Position numbers and translations under genes: made by a program. A model generated the notes under the pieces. It ran no database searches. It saw only the letters and a program-made list of their open reading frames with translations, and was not told the DNA's origin. DNA of 63,884 nucleotides, the filler included, from Basidiobolus meristosporus CBS 931.73 (Eukaryota; Fungi; Basidiobolomycota): assembly GCA_002104905.1 (NCBI GenBank). It is 3 parts of 3 records of this genome, joined end to end, with 100 filler letters (N's around TTAATTAATTAA, not from the genome) between each part and the next. Parts side by side here need not be neighbours in the genome. Positions count along the whole stretch, not along the records: positions 29,404 to 52,639 come from MCFE01000968.1; 2 more parts are not named here. One strand, given 5' to 3'. Of this stretch, positions 34,640 to 47,400 are shown one piece after another (positions within the stretch are counted from its first letter, which is position 1; every line of letters begins with the position of its first letter).

Positions 34640-35590
34640 AGTAACTGAATATAAGTAATGCCAATGCTTTGGTTCAAGAGGTTTGAACACTTCAGCTCCA
34701 ATAATTTACGCAAAATGATCAAAGATCTGCTAATATCCAGAGTAAAAACTGATCCCCAGCATATTTAGAGCACTGTGAAGCCTGCATATATGGGAAACAA
34801 GCCAGAAAACTCCTCAAGAGCTTGGGTCTAGTCAAATTAAGAAAAAATTATATCTTACTCACCTAGATACTTACCCCAATGGAGACAAACTTTAACTTGG
34901 TCAACACTCAGCCAGATCTCAGGAGCTTGGTACCATCAGAGAGCCCAGGACTTCATTTTTAGTTTATAGACATTAGTTTGATAGATATCAGGTTTGGAAG
35001 GTGTTCAGATGCCACATATTCAATGGGATTTTTTAGCTGGCATGATCCATACTATGGATCAAATCACATTGCAGAAGTAAAGCAGATTCTTAGATACATA
35101 AAAGAACATCTGATGTCTGCTTAGCGGACTCCTATAGTGATCTAGAACAAGAACTTGTGGGTAACTCTGACACCAACAGGGGACAAAGTTTGAAGGACAA
35201 AAGTTCCAACAAAGGATACACCTTACTTTATATAAAGGAATAATTTCATGGAACTCTAGAGAGCAACTAACCATAGTACCTTCCACCAGAGTGGCAGAGT
35301 ATATGGTGGCCTGTGAGGCTAAAAAAAGCAATGATGTTAAGAAAACTTTTTAAAGCTTTTGGCCTATGTGCAAGATACCTATTACTTTATTTCAAGATAG
35401 TTTAGGAATTGTACAGTTAGGTAGAAATCCAATCAAATATGCTCTAGCTAAGCACATAGATATCGGACATTGTATTGTTCTTGAAGCTATAAAAAACAGC
35501 TTAGTTAGTGTAGGTTATTGTCCTACAGATGAAATAATTGCGCATGTACTGACCAGCCTGTTGGCCAGAAACCAAAAAAGGATTTACTTT
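34640..35590 (+). mobile_element. Heavily deleted Copia remnant (integrase Zn finger and RNase H end)
   Basis: RFEHFSSNNLRKMIK...EHCEACIYGKQARK at ~34680-34810 and NPIKYALAKHIDIGHCIVLE...YCPTDEIIAHVLTSLL at ~35420-35560. The right end is cut by the Gypsy at 35591. Confidence 0.7.
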
Positions 35591-38500
35591 TGTTATGATC
35601 TGCCGCTTGAATGGTTAAGTTAGATCAGTTTTAGTCAAATCAGTTAGTTATATGCTTAGCTTATCAGTATATCTGTATTATCTATCAAATTAGTAGCATT
35701 AGTCAGCAAATGAATCAGCAGATCCTTATCAGACAGAAATAGATATTTTAACAAGGATCTAACTGGGTGATCATGATGCAATCAAATGAGTCATCAGCCA
35801 CAGCCTGGGTTAGGAAGTATACTTAGTCAGCAATTGATCTGGCAAAATGTATATATGGAGATGCTGGAACCTCAATAAAGATCAGTTCAAGTTTTAGTGA
35901 ATACATTACTAGCTAAACTCCCTATTCCTCTACAACTCTTACACCAAAACTTATAACATTGGTAGCAGCAATAACTAGAAACATCCCTCCTGAAGAAAGA
36001 AGAAGCCTCCCTCAAGATGTCCAAAAATCAAGAATGGAAGAATGCTATGTAACAAATCCTGGCCCAACAGCAACATTTACTCCAGATCCTTAGCCAGCAG
36101 CAATAAGGAATGACCACCATGGCCCAAAGCCAGCAAAACCCGGTCAAGAGCAACTTTGTAAGCCTACCACCAGTCAGAGACATGGATCATATCATCAAAA
36201 CAGGAGATAGCCCTCCAGTGAGTAGCACACCTTATGCAATATGTCCACTGGAGTTGGAAGAGATGAAGAGACAAATAGATCAGCTACTGGAGCAAGGATA
36301 TATCAGACTCAACAAGTCACCTTGGGGAGCACCAGTACTTTTTGTGAGGAAGAAGGATGGAACACTTAGTATGTGCGTTCACTACGGAGCCCTCAACTCA
36401 GTTACTGTGAAGAATAAGTACCCCATACCTTGGATTGATGAGCTTTTGGATCAACTCAATGGAGCCACTATTTTCTGCAAGATTTACTTCATTTCAGGAT
36501 ACAACCAGATTAGGGTGAAGCCAGAAGACATCTCTAAGACAGCATTCAGGACCTGATATGGACATTACAAGTACTTAGTCATGAGTTTTAGCCTCCCCAA
36601 TGCCCCTGCAACATCCATGACCCTGATGCAGACAGTCTTCCAAGTGTACATAGACAAGTTTGCGATAATCTACCTAGATGATATATTGATATACAGCAAC
36701 ACAGAAGAGGATCACTTGGTGCACATTGAAAAGGTCTTGAAGAAGCTAAGAGAGAACAAGCTTTATGGCAAGCTATCCAAGTGTGAGTTCTTCAAGGAAC
36801 ACATTGAATATCTGGGACACATAGTACTAGCACAGGAGTAACATTAGACCCCAAGAAGGTTGAGGTTATCAAGAATCTGAAGCAGCCCCATAGCATATCA
36901 GAGCTCAGATCATTCCTTGGAATGGTTTCCTATTATTGGATATTTGTCAATTCCTTTGCAAGTATTGCCGCCCCTTTAACTGATATCCTCAAGAAAGACA
37001 AAACCTACAAGTGGGACATAGCTTGTGAGACTGCCTTCCAGACACTCAAGAATGAACTTGCTCAGCTGACAAGCTTAAGAATACCTGACTTCAGAAAAGA
37101 GCCTACTCTGTGCACAGATGCTTCCAATCATGCAATTGGTGGAGTGTTGAGCCAAGAACACAAGGGAAAAGACTATCCTGTTGCCTTTGAATCCAAGAAA
37201 CTGAACCTAGCAGAACAAAACTATCCAGTGCATGAGAAGGAGCTGCTTGCTATAATACACCGCTTGAAGACATGGAGATGCTATATTGAAGGAGTCAAGT
37301 GCACCATAAAGACTGATCATGCTTCCCTCAAGTATATATTTACTCAGAAGGTACTTTCCAGAAGAATGACAAGATGGAGTGATTACATTCAGCTTTTTGA
37401 TTTGGAGATTGCCTACTGCCATGGAAAAAACAACACAGTTGCTGACACTTTATCAAGATTAGAACAAGTTGCACAACTCAACTTGGTGCATGAATCAGAT
37501 TGGCCTAGCCTATTACCAAAGTACTTGCAGGAACAAGCCATTCCTATTGAGGTGGATGAAGATATCAAGAAGATAATCTGGGATGAAGCCAGCAAATTTG
37601 TACTACAGAGTGAAGCACTCTACCAAATTGTTGATGGAAGCCCTATTGACTATTGCCCTTATGTTGCTTGCCTGAATTTAATACATAAGCAACACAATGG
37701 CTATGGACATCTTGGAATTGAAGGAACCTATAGCCTTGTGAAAGCCAGAGTATGGTGGCCAAGAATGAAACATGACATTGAGAAGCTAGTGAAACCATGC
37801 CCAAATTGCCAAATCAACCAAGGCCAACTACAGAGGAGCTGAACTCTTTTCCTTGGAGCCTGTAAGACCATTCAAAAGATGGGGAATTGACATTATTGGA
37901 AGACTGCCAACTTCCAGGAAATGCAACCGTTGGATCCTAGTAGCATTTGACCATGCCACTAAATGGCCAGTGGCTAAAGCTGTGCCTATAGCCAGTGAAT
38001 AAGAAGTTGCAAGTTTCATCTACCATGATATCCTTATGAATCTTGGATGCCCTGTGGAGATTCTATCAGATAGATGTGCAAGCTTAATGGCAAAGACATT
38101 TGAAGCTTACCTGGAAATGCAGCAGATCAAGCACTTGAAAACCTTGGCATATCATCCCAGAATTAACGAAGTCATTGAATGGTTTAATTGATTATTTGGA
38201 AAAATGCTGACCAATTATGCAAATGGAGTTGTCAGTATATGGGATGAGTGTATAGACCAAGCACTCTTTGATGAAGATTCAGAGTACACAACACCAACCT
38301 ACAATTGTCATTTTACTTAGTGTATGGATGTGAACCAAGGATTCCAGGAGATCTCACACCGCCAAAGCTTACAGACACCTTAGAAGATGAACTCAGTCAG
38401 CTAAGTAAACACTAGCAACTTGAACAAAGATGTCAAGAGGCACAGACTAAAGTATCTCAAAGTGCAGAAAAGATGAAGTAGAGAATTGATAAGACTAAAG

Positions 38501-39143
38501 CACCAGAAGCATTGACAGTTGGGAGCTTTATATTGCTAAGAAACAACAGTCAGAGGAAGTTTAAGCCATAAAGGACAGGACCATTCAAGATCATCAGAGA
38601 ATGTCCATTTGCAACTTACCAACTAGTGGACATATAAGGCAATATCTGGGAAAGACTTAGTGCATAGGGACAGACTCAAGCTTGCAAGACTTACTGATAA
38701 TACTGAACAATCAAGATGTTGGTATCACAAGAAAAGAGATTCAGGAGAACCCTCTCAACTTTAGTAGTGGAGAATGTTATGATCTGCTGCTTGAATGTTT
38801 AAGTTAGATCAGTTTTTAGTCAAATCAATTAGTTATATGTTTAGCTTATAAGTATATCAGTATTACCTATCAAATCAGTGGCATTAGTCAGCAAATGAAT
38901 CTGCAGATCCTTATCAGACAGAAAACAATAAATTAAGTAGGATCTAATTGGGTGATGATGATGCAATCAAATGAGTCATCAGCCACAGCCTGCATTGGGA
39001 AATACAATTGGTCAGCAATGGATCTGGCAAAATGTATATAAGGTGCTGCTGAAACCTCAATAAATATCAGTTCAAGTTCTGGTGAATACATTACTAGCTA
39101 AACTCCCTATTCCTCTACAACTCTTATACCAAGACTTGTAACA
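35591..39143 (+). mobile_element. Ty3/Gypsy element with both LTRs, gag/protease deleted, pol decayed
   Basis: LTRs 35591-35958 and 38775-39143 (TGTTATGATC...TAACA). PBS-like TGGTAGCAG at 35960; purine tract before 38775; CTTT on both flanks. [17 protein letters not shown] and YLDDILIYS, RNase H TDASNHAIGGVL, integrase HxxxGH...CPNC. Confidence 0.92.
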
Positions 39144-41794
39144 CTTTGAAAATTATCATCAACATGTCAGGTACCCCAATCATGAAAATTTTCAAAGTTA
39201 CCCAGGTAGCCCCATACTTTGTGCACATGCTCTTAGGTCCTTGCTAAGCCCATTCTATGTGCTATAAGAGCTCCTCTAATGTGTCAAAGGGAAATCCAGT
39301 GGTGGTGATAGGGCTGATAAGAATAGATCATTCAGGTGAGTAATGTACCTATTGGAAGGTCCTCAAGCAGAGGAAAATTGACCAGTGTGCTTGCTCACAT
39401 CAGTCTGATACATGCCAACACCCTTCACAAGAGTGCTGCACATTTAGTTAATACAAGTTGAGTCAATGCGCATCTTTCAGCTCAAGATTACCAGAACTTA
39501 CAAAGCTGCTCAATTTGACACAAATCCATTGAAGCAGGCCAAGTTGAGTCAACATATAGCATCACAACAAAATAAACTAAGGGCCATGTCAATGTATCAA
39601 GTTGTGCCTGCATGTACCACTTCACCTGATTATCAGCAAGTTACTCTGGTAAACAATCTGACAATGACCCACCTGGATCAAGATATTGAGTAGCAAATAA
39701 AAAGCTCTAAAGTTCCCAAATTAACTGAGGGCAACTACAGTGAACTATTCACCTCTTTCCCTTGGGGCCTGTGAGACCACTTGAGAGATGATAAATGGAC
39801 TTTGTTGGAAGCAACCCAATTCTAGAAAATGCAATTGATGGATTCTTATAGCTATTGACTATGAAACCAAATGGAAAGTGGCTAGAGCTGTACCAGTAGC
39901 CAGTGAACAAGTCTAATCTACCCTAAGTGCCTGGTGAAGTTTGAAAGCCCTATCAAGATTTCAACTGAGAGAGAAGGGCAAGCTTTATTGCAAATACACT
40001 GGATACATACCTGGACATGCAGCAGATCAGACATCAGCAAACTTTGGCATATCACCCTAATACTTATAGGGTCACTGAGTGGCACATGTTGCAACTTAAG
40101 AAGTGATTTGGATATAAGGAGCTTATCAAAATATAGTATTAACAATTGAACTGTTATTTATTCATAAAGAGGACCAATATTTATACCTTGTGGTAGTAAT
40201 ACAGCTGCAACACTATGTAAGGAGGGTTTCTTAACATTTGGGAGCACTCTGTAACAGCTTCAGGGTTAGTACACAATATTTGGTAAAAAGTGTAAATTTG
40301 ATCTTGCCTATAGGGGAATTAGCATAGGATCATAGATGTGAAGGAACTGGCAAAGTTGGGGCTGCCAATAGGTCCTACAGTGACCAAGACTACTCTAGAA
40401 TTTGTAAGTAAACTTTTAGCTGCTGAATAATACCAAATAGTCCAATATTTCAACACTGCCCCTTAACTAATTAATTTATTAATCCTAATTCCTCTCTGAG
40501 ATTCTCAAACTGTGGTCTAGATAGTGGTTTTGTCAATATATCTGCCACCATTTTTTCAGTTGGACGTAAACTAACTGTATTAAGTTACTTTCTACAGCTT
40601 CCCTGGCATAGTGATGTTGTATATCTATGTGCTTAGTTCTGGCATGATTAGTGGGATTCCTAGCTAATGAAATACAACTTTGATTCTCTTTGTAAATACG
40701 TGTTGGTTCATCTGAATTAAGTCTTTGAATAATTTCTGGAGCTATATAGCCTCCTTAATTGCTTGGTAAGCAGCCATAAATTCAGCTTCAGTTGTAGATA
40801 GGGCCACACTTGGTTGTTTCTTGCAATTCCAAGTAATAGCTGTACTTGCATAAAGATATACATACTCAGTGGTAGAGCATCTGTCAATCAGATCTCTATC
40901 CAAATCTGACTCACTAAAACTATACAATTCCCACCTATCAGCTACTCCAGAGTATTCCACTACCATATTTATGGTACCTTGTAGATATCTGAAAATCCAA
41001 AACTACTGTAATTTGATCTGGTCCATAATTCTGCATGAATTGACTGACTATTCCAGCTGCCACTGCAATATCAGGATGCATAGACACCATCAAGTATATC
41101 AGGCTGCCAACCACTGATTGATAGAGAAAATCTTGGTCCATATTTGAGCCGTTTTCACCTAAACCGGCTGACATTTGCTCAGTTTTATAACATTGTCCAT
41201 AGGGGTAGCTGCAGGCATGCAATTTTACATTTTGAAGTTTCTGAAAATGTTCCTGATGTACTTAGCCTGATTCAGCACAATTTTCCAGTTAGTGTTGACT
41301 CTATCATCAGGTAGCTGGCCAATGATTTCTGTGGCTTTCTGATTTGAATTCTCCTCAAATACAACTTCCCAGCTAAATTTTGCCATCATACACCCTATGC
41401 CCCTGAGTATCATCAGAATACCCAAGAAAGATCCCTTCTCAACTCTTTGGTTCAAGCTTTGAGCATTTTTTGTGAGGGATGTGGTAAAAGACATTGCTGC
41501 CAAAGATCCTGAGGTGCTGGAGGTCTGGTTTTTGCCTGTATATGCTTTAAAGGGTGTAGAATCATGAAGTGCTGTTGTTGGGCATCTAATCTTGATGTAT
41601 ACCATAGTAGCAACAGATACAGCCCAAAACTTGTAGTCTGTTCCCTTATCATGTAGCATAGATCTTGTCATCTCTATTATTACTCTGTTTGCACATTCTT
41701 CTACTTCATTTTGCTGTGGAGTATGTGAAGCAGTGGTCTGTTGAAGTATACCAGTAGATGAGCAGTACATTGCAAACTCTTTTGAGCAGTATTC

Positions 41795-43007
41795 TGTTGT
41801 GTTGTATTATGATTAGTTTGGGGCTTGTTCTACAATGTAGAGGCTAATCAACAATATACAACAACTTCCAGTATGCTAATACTGAAATAGTTTATTGGGA
41901 GTTTGATATACCAATAGAAGATATAACTTTCACTAATTTCCTCAATCTTGGGCTCAAAATATACTGTAGGCAGTGTTTATCACTTCTACAGCAGTGTTCT
42001 GACCTTCTGTCAACTAATGGGCCTATTTACTTTTATAGTAACTTTTCCTTATTTGGAAGTCACTTTCCTTTCCGAGAAAATATTTCCTAATATGGAAATT
42101 CCGAACTCCCCTTTAACCTAAAGGGGTGTGTTGTAGAAGTCTCTAAAGGGGTCTTTAGACCGAAAGGGGTGTCTAAAGGGGTGTCTTTAGAGTAAAGGGG
42201 TTTCTTAAAGGGGTCTCTAAAGGGGTCTTTAGACTAAAGGGGTGGACTAAAGGGGTGTCTTTAGAGTAAAGGGGTTTCTTAAAGGGGTGTCTAAAGGGGT
42301 GTCTTTAGAGTAAAGGGGTTTCTTAGAGGGACTTTTCCAACAGCAAAGTGGTAGTTTCTTGTAGAACTTAGATTGGATTCTTGTGAGCTTTGCAGTCTCT
42401 TTACTGATGTAGTACCAATCAAAGTCAGAATACTCAACAGTGCAAGTGATGCAGGGGAAGTCTTATAACCTTTAAACTTGTAATCGTAGTGTGGAGATTC
42501 TGGAAAGAGAGGCTCTCCCTTTATTTTTCAGCTGGGGAAGTCATATATATGAAAATTTTGAAGGATCAAGGTTTTTGGGCGATTGCGCAAGCAATACACG
42601 TGATACAAAGCTAAAATTTTGCAGTGGCGCAGATCGGACATAGGCGCAGCACCTGTGAAAATTCACGTGATTTGATTGGCTGGTTCAAAAGTTACACGCG
42701 ATCAAAGTCACCATAGTAATCCTAGCAATAAGGCATAGTATATATCATAGTTGGACTCTTTTGGTCATAACTCCTTAAGTAATGCTTCAAATGAGCTGTA
42801 ATTTGAAACATGTGTTGGCTACTACGTGTTCTGTATGACAGAATATTCTTGGGTGGACTGCTTGTCAGGGTCTGGAGCATTTGCTCTTCAAAGTTGGAAA
42901 TTCTTGATCTTTCTCTTGTGTGTTACGATAGCAAAAAGCAAAATAAAGAAATGAGTGCAATATTGGTTTAGAGATATTGTAGTAGTGGAATACTTTCCAT
43001 TACCACA
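41795..43007 (-). mobile_element. 1213-bp solo LTR inserted in the Copia integrase, 4-bp TSD ATTC
   Basis: TG...CA termini with ATTC at 41791-41794 and 43008-43011. Removing it restores integrase DNGGEYCS. Minus-strand TATAAAAG at 42030-42037 and AATAAA at 41892-41897. Confidence 0.85.
42119..42320. repeat. Degenerate tandem array, 13 copies of AAAGGGGT
   Basis: Counted by eye; units of 11-24 nt such as TAAAGGGGTGTCTTTAGAG and TAAAGGGGTTTCT. Confidence 0.9.
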
Positions 43008-44404
43008 ATTCCCCTCCATTGTCACTTTGAAGTACCTTCAAGTTGCACCCAATTTGTGTTTCTGCCATGTTCTTGCAGTATTTAAGCCCCTCTAAGGCCT
43101 CATCCTTTGTTTTGAGGAAGTATACCAATGTATATCCTATCTAGTTGTTGATAAACGTCATAAAGTATATCTTGACTCCAAAGGACAGTGTTCTCATGGG
43201 ACCACATATGTCTGCATGTATAATAGCCAGTATTTGGTGATGTTTATGCTTCCTGAGCTCCTGGCTTGTTTGCCATATGAACATCCCTTACAGACACTCA
43301 ATTTGATTGGAATTGAGTAATTTAGGCCTAAAACAAGCTCATTTTTTACCAATTGGCTTATTTTCTGTTCCCCAATGTGTCTAAGCCTTCTATGCTAATT
43401 TTTGTTTTTTTTACGCTGAACCACTCCTTTATACCACAAATATGCTGTGATGCTCTATAGTCAATATACCATATGTTACTTTGGTTGCTTGCACTCTCTT
43501 GTACAGTTACAAATAACTGTTAATCAGTAGCTATGTAGTTTGCCTGCTCCAGCTTTTGTTTTTTCTCTGCTTGCTTCTTCTCACATTCTCTTGCCCTGTG
43601 TCATGGCTGCTAACAGTAGTTACAGCAACCAGGTTCTCCTTGATTTTGTTGCTTTCCCTTCTTTTTTGTGTGCCTTTCTGAGCCAAATAAAGCATTGTCT
43701 TCAATTTTCTCTGCTTGATCATTACATCTGAGTTCTTCATGGAGAAGTCTTCCTTTGACATAGCCTAAAGTCAAATTGTGTTCTCTGCTTTCAAAAGAAA
43801 GTATGAGTGGCTCATACTTGTCTGGTAGGCTGCTAAGCAGACAGAGTAACTTTTCTTCATCATCTACACCAGCATTAATACTGTAAAGCTATTCTGCAAA
43901 TGTCTTCATTTTGGTGATGAGTTGTAGCATTTCATCATCTGGCTTCTTTGTCATGTTGAAGAACTTTAGTTTCAAATAAAGCTTGCTTGATACTGATTTT
44001 GATCCAGAGATCCTCACATTGGAATCACATGCTGCTTTGGCAGTATTTAAGGCATGGATTTGTTAAATGAAGGAATCTTGCACATTGATACATAGAGCTT
44101 TGAAGGCCTTTCTCTTCCTCCCTTGAAACTTCTCCCCTTCTTCTGCTGTTCTTTTGGGCTCAACTTCTTTTCCTGTTACTATATTCCAAGGTTTCTTTCC
44201 TCAAGGTGGATCTGCATCTTGATTCTCCAAAGTCTGTAGTGCTTCCCATTAAGCCTCTCCTTTACAGCAAGGATGTTTGTTTTGTTCTGTTGCCTGGCAG
44301 AATTCATCTTTAGAATAGGTAAAGGCAACTGGGGCTCATAACCTGTTGCAATTTAAGAAGTGATATGGATATAAGGAGCTTATCAAGATATAGTGATAAT
44401 AGTT

Positions 44405-47400
44405 GGTTGAAATATTGGACTATTTGGTATCATTCTGCAGCTAAAAATTTACCTAACAATTCTGGACTAGTCTTGGTCACTATGGAACTAACTTACAGCT
44501 CTAACTTTGTCACTTTCCTCAGATCTATGATCTTATGATTATTCCCCTATATTCAGGATCAAATTAGCACTAATACTAACTATTAGATACTAACCCTGAA
44601 ACTGTTACAGAATGCTCCTGAATATTGAGAGGCCCTCCTTACTTAGTGTTACAGCTGTATTACCTCCACAAGGGTATAAATACTGAGCTTCTTTCCTAAT
44701 AAACAACAGTTCAACTGTTATCACAATTTCTTGATAAGTTCCTTATATCCATATCACTTCCTAAACTGTAACAGGTTATGAGCCCCAGTTGCCTTTACCT
44801 ATTCTAAAAATGAATTCTGCCAGGCAACAGAACCAAACAAACATCCTTGCTGTAAAGGAGAGGCTTGATGGGAAGCACTACAGACTTTGGAGAATCAAGA
44901 TGCAGATCCACCTTGAGGAAAGAAAGCCTTGGAATATAGTAACAGGAAAAGAAGTTGAGCCCAAAGGAGCAGCAGAAGAAGTGGAGAAGTCTCATGAGAA
45001 GGAGAAAAATGCCTTTAATGCCATATGTATCAAAGTGCAAGATTCCTTCATTGGACAAATTCAGGCCTCAAATGCTGCCAAAGCAGCATGGGAATCCTTA
45101 GAGAAGATCACTAGGGCAAAATCAGTATCAAGCAAGCTTTATTTGTAACTAAAGTTGCTCAACATGACAAAGAAGCCAGATGATGACATGTTACAACTCA
45201 TACCCAAAATGGAGATGCTTGCAGAAGAGCTTTACAGTATTAATGCTTGTGTAGATGATGAAGAAAAGTTACTCTGTCTGCTTTGCAGCCTACCAGACAA
45301 GTATGAGCCACTCATACTTTCTTTTGAAAGCAGAGAAGACATTTTGACTTTTGACTATGTCAAAGGAAGACTTTCCATGAAGAACTCAGATGTAATGATC
45401 AAGCAGAGAAAACTGAAGATAATGCTTTATTCAGTTCAGAAAGGCACTCAAAATAGAAGGGAAAACAACAAAACCAAAGAAAACCTGGTTGCTGCCACTA
45501 TTGTAAAAAGCCAGGACACTGGGTAAGAGAATGCAAGAAGAGTCAAGCAGACAAAAAACAGAAACTAGAGCAGGCAAACCACATAACTACTGAAGAGTAG
45601 TTATTGCAACTGTACAAGGGAGTGCAAATAACCAAAGTAATGAATGGTATATTGACTCTGTAGCCTCACAGCATATATGTGGTTTAAAGCAGTGGTTCAG
45701 CATCTTAAAGACTATTACCGTAAGAGAGGATTATCTAAGCAATAACTCTGCTTTGGAAGCTACCACAACTGGGTCTATATAACTAAAATGAGTGATTGCT
45801 CAGGGGCAACAACAGTAAGACTCACTGACATACTCTATGTACCTGGAATAGCTAAGAACCTACTCTCAGTCAGTAAAGCAATATGTCAGGGACTGAAATT
45901 TGTTTTTACTAAGATGAGCTGTTCAATATTGAAAGAGAATGGACAAAAATTAGCTTTAGGAATAAGAGATCACAATACATACAAGTTGCAATGCAAGATC
46001 ATTGTACCTGAGTATGTCAACATTGCTGAAACTGATGAAACCAACTGGGAGACATGGAATAGGAGGTTAGGACACATTGGGGAACAGAAAATGAGCCAAT
46101 TGGGGAAAAATCAGCCTTTTTAGGCATAAAAACTCAATTCCAATCAAATTGAATGTTTGTAAGGGATGTTCATACGGCAAACAAGCTAGGAAACATTTCC
46201 AGAGCTCAGAAGGTATCAATACCATCAAAATATGGGCTTTTGTACACTCAGACATATGTGGACCCATGATACACTGTCCTTTGAAGCCAAGTTATACTTT
46301 ATGATGTTTATTGTTGACAAAACAAGATATCCATGAGTATACTTCCTCAAAACAAAGGATGAAGCTTTAGAGACATTTAAGCACTGCAAGAACATGGCAG
46401 AAACACAAACTGGGTGTAAATTGAAGGTACTACAAAGAGACAATGGAGGAGAATACTGTTCAACGGAGTTTGCAAAATACTGCTTCTCTACCGGTATACT
46501 TCAACAGACTACAGTTCCTCATACTCCACAGCAAAATGGAGTATCAGAACATGCCAATAGAACAATAGTAGAGATGGGAAGATCTATGCTACATGATAAG
46601 GGAATGGACTACCAGTTTTGGGCTGAATCTGTTGCTACTGCAGTATACATCAAGAACAGATGCCCAACAACAGCACTATGTGATTCTACACCCTTTGAGG
46701 CATATACAGGCAAAGAACCAGATCTTCAATACCTCAAGATCTTTGGCAGTGATGTTTTTTATCACATTCCTGACAAAAACACTCAATGTGGGAACCAAAG
46801 AGCAGGAAAGGGATTTTTCTTGGGTATTATTAAGATACTAAAGGGCATTGAGTGTATGATGGCAAAATTCAGAAGCTGATCAAGAGCATGGATGTTGTAT
46901 TTGAGGAGAATTCAGATCAGAAAGCCACAGAAATCATAGGCCAGCTGCCTGATGATGCAATCCACACTAATGAAGAAGATACGTACCAAATCAAGCCTGA
47001 TAGGGAAGATACTTCTACCAGTTCCAGAGCAGAACAGATTATCCCAGTTAAGAGATCTACCAGAATAAGAAATGCCCATGGATCCTGGTGGCAGACATCC
47101 TATGATCATGAAGAAGCTTATCTTGCCTTATGTGCCAAACCTCAGAATCTGGAACAGGCAATGCAAAGTCCAGATGCCACTATGTGGCAACAAGCCATGC
47201 AGGAGGAGTACCAGTCACTGATCAAGGCAATAACATGGGAGCTGATAGATTTACCAAATGGGAGAAAGCCAATAGGATGTAGATTGGTCTACAAGATCAA
47301 GATAACTTCAAATGGTGCTGTTGATAAGTACAAGGTTGGAGTGGTGGCTAAAGGCTATTCACAGAGCCAGGGACTATACTTTAAGGAAACATTTGCTCCG

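Larger units (their letters stand above)
40087..44404 (-). mobile_element. Ty1/Copia element (host copy), reverse orientation, interrupted twice
   Basis: 3' LTR 40087-40455 with PPT complement at 40456+. PBS complement GGGCTCATAACC ends at 44343. The U5 end of the 5' LTR is at 44344-44404; the rest of that LTR resumes at ~49079-49290. Integrase HTPQQNEVEECANR and RNase H STTEAEFMAA motifs are present. Confidence 0.9.

Noticed and set aside
34900-34945. Minus-strand WYQAPEIWL resembling the kinase WYRAPE motif
   Set aside because: The plus strand here continues a Copia integrase region (CEACIYGKQARK just upstream), and no other kinase motifs are present.
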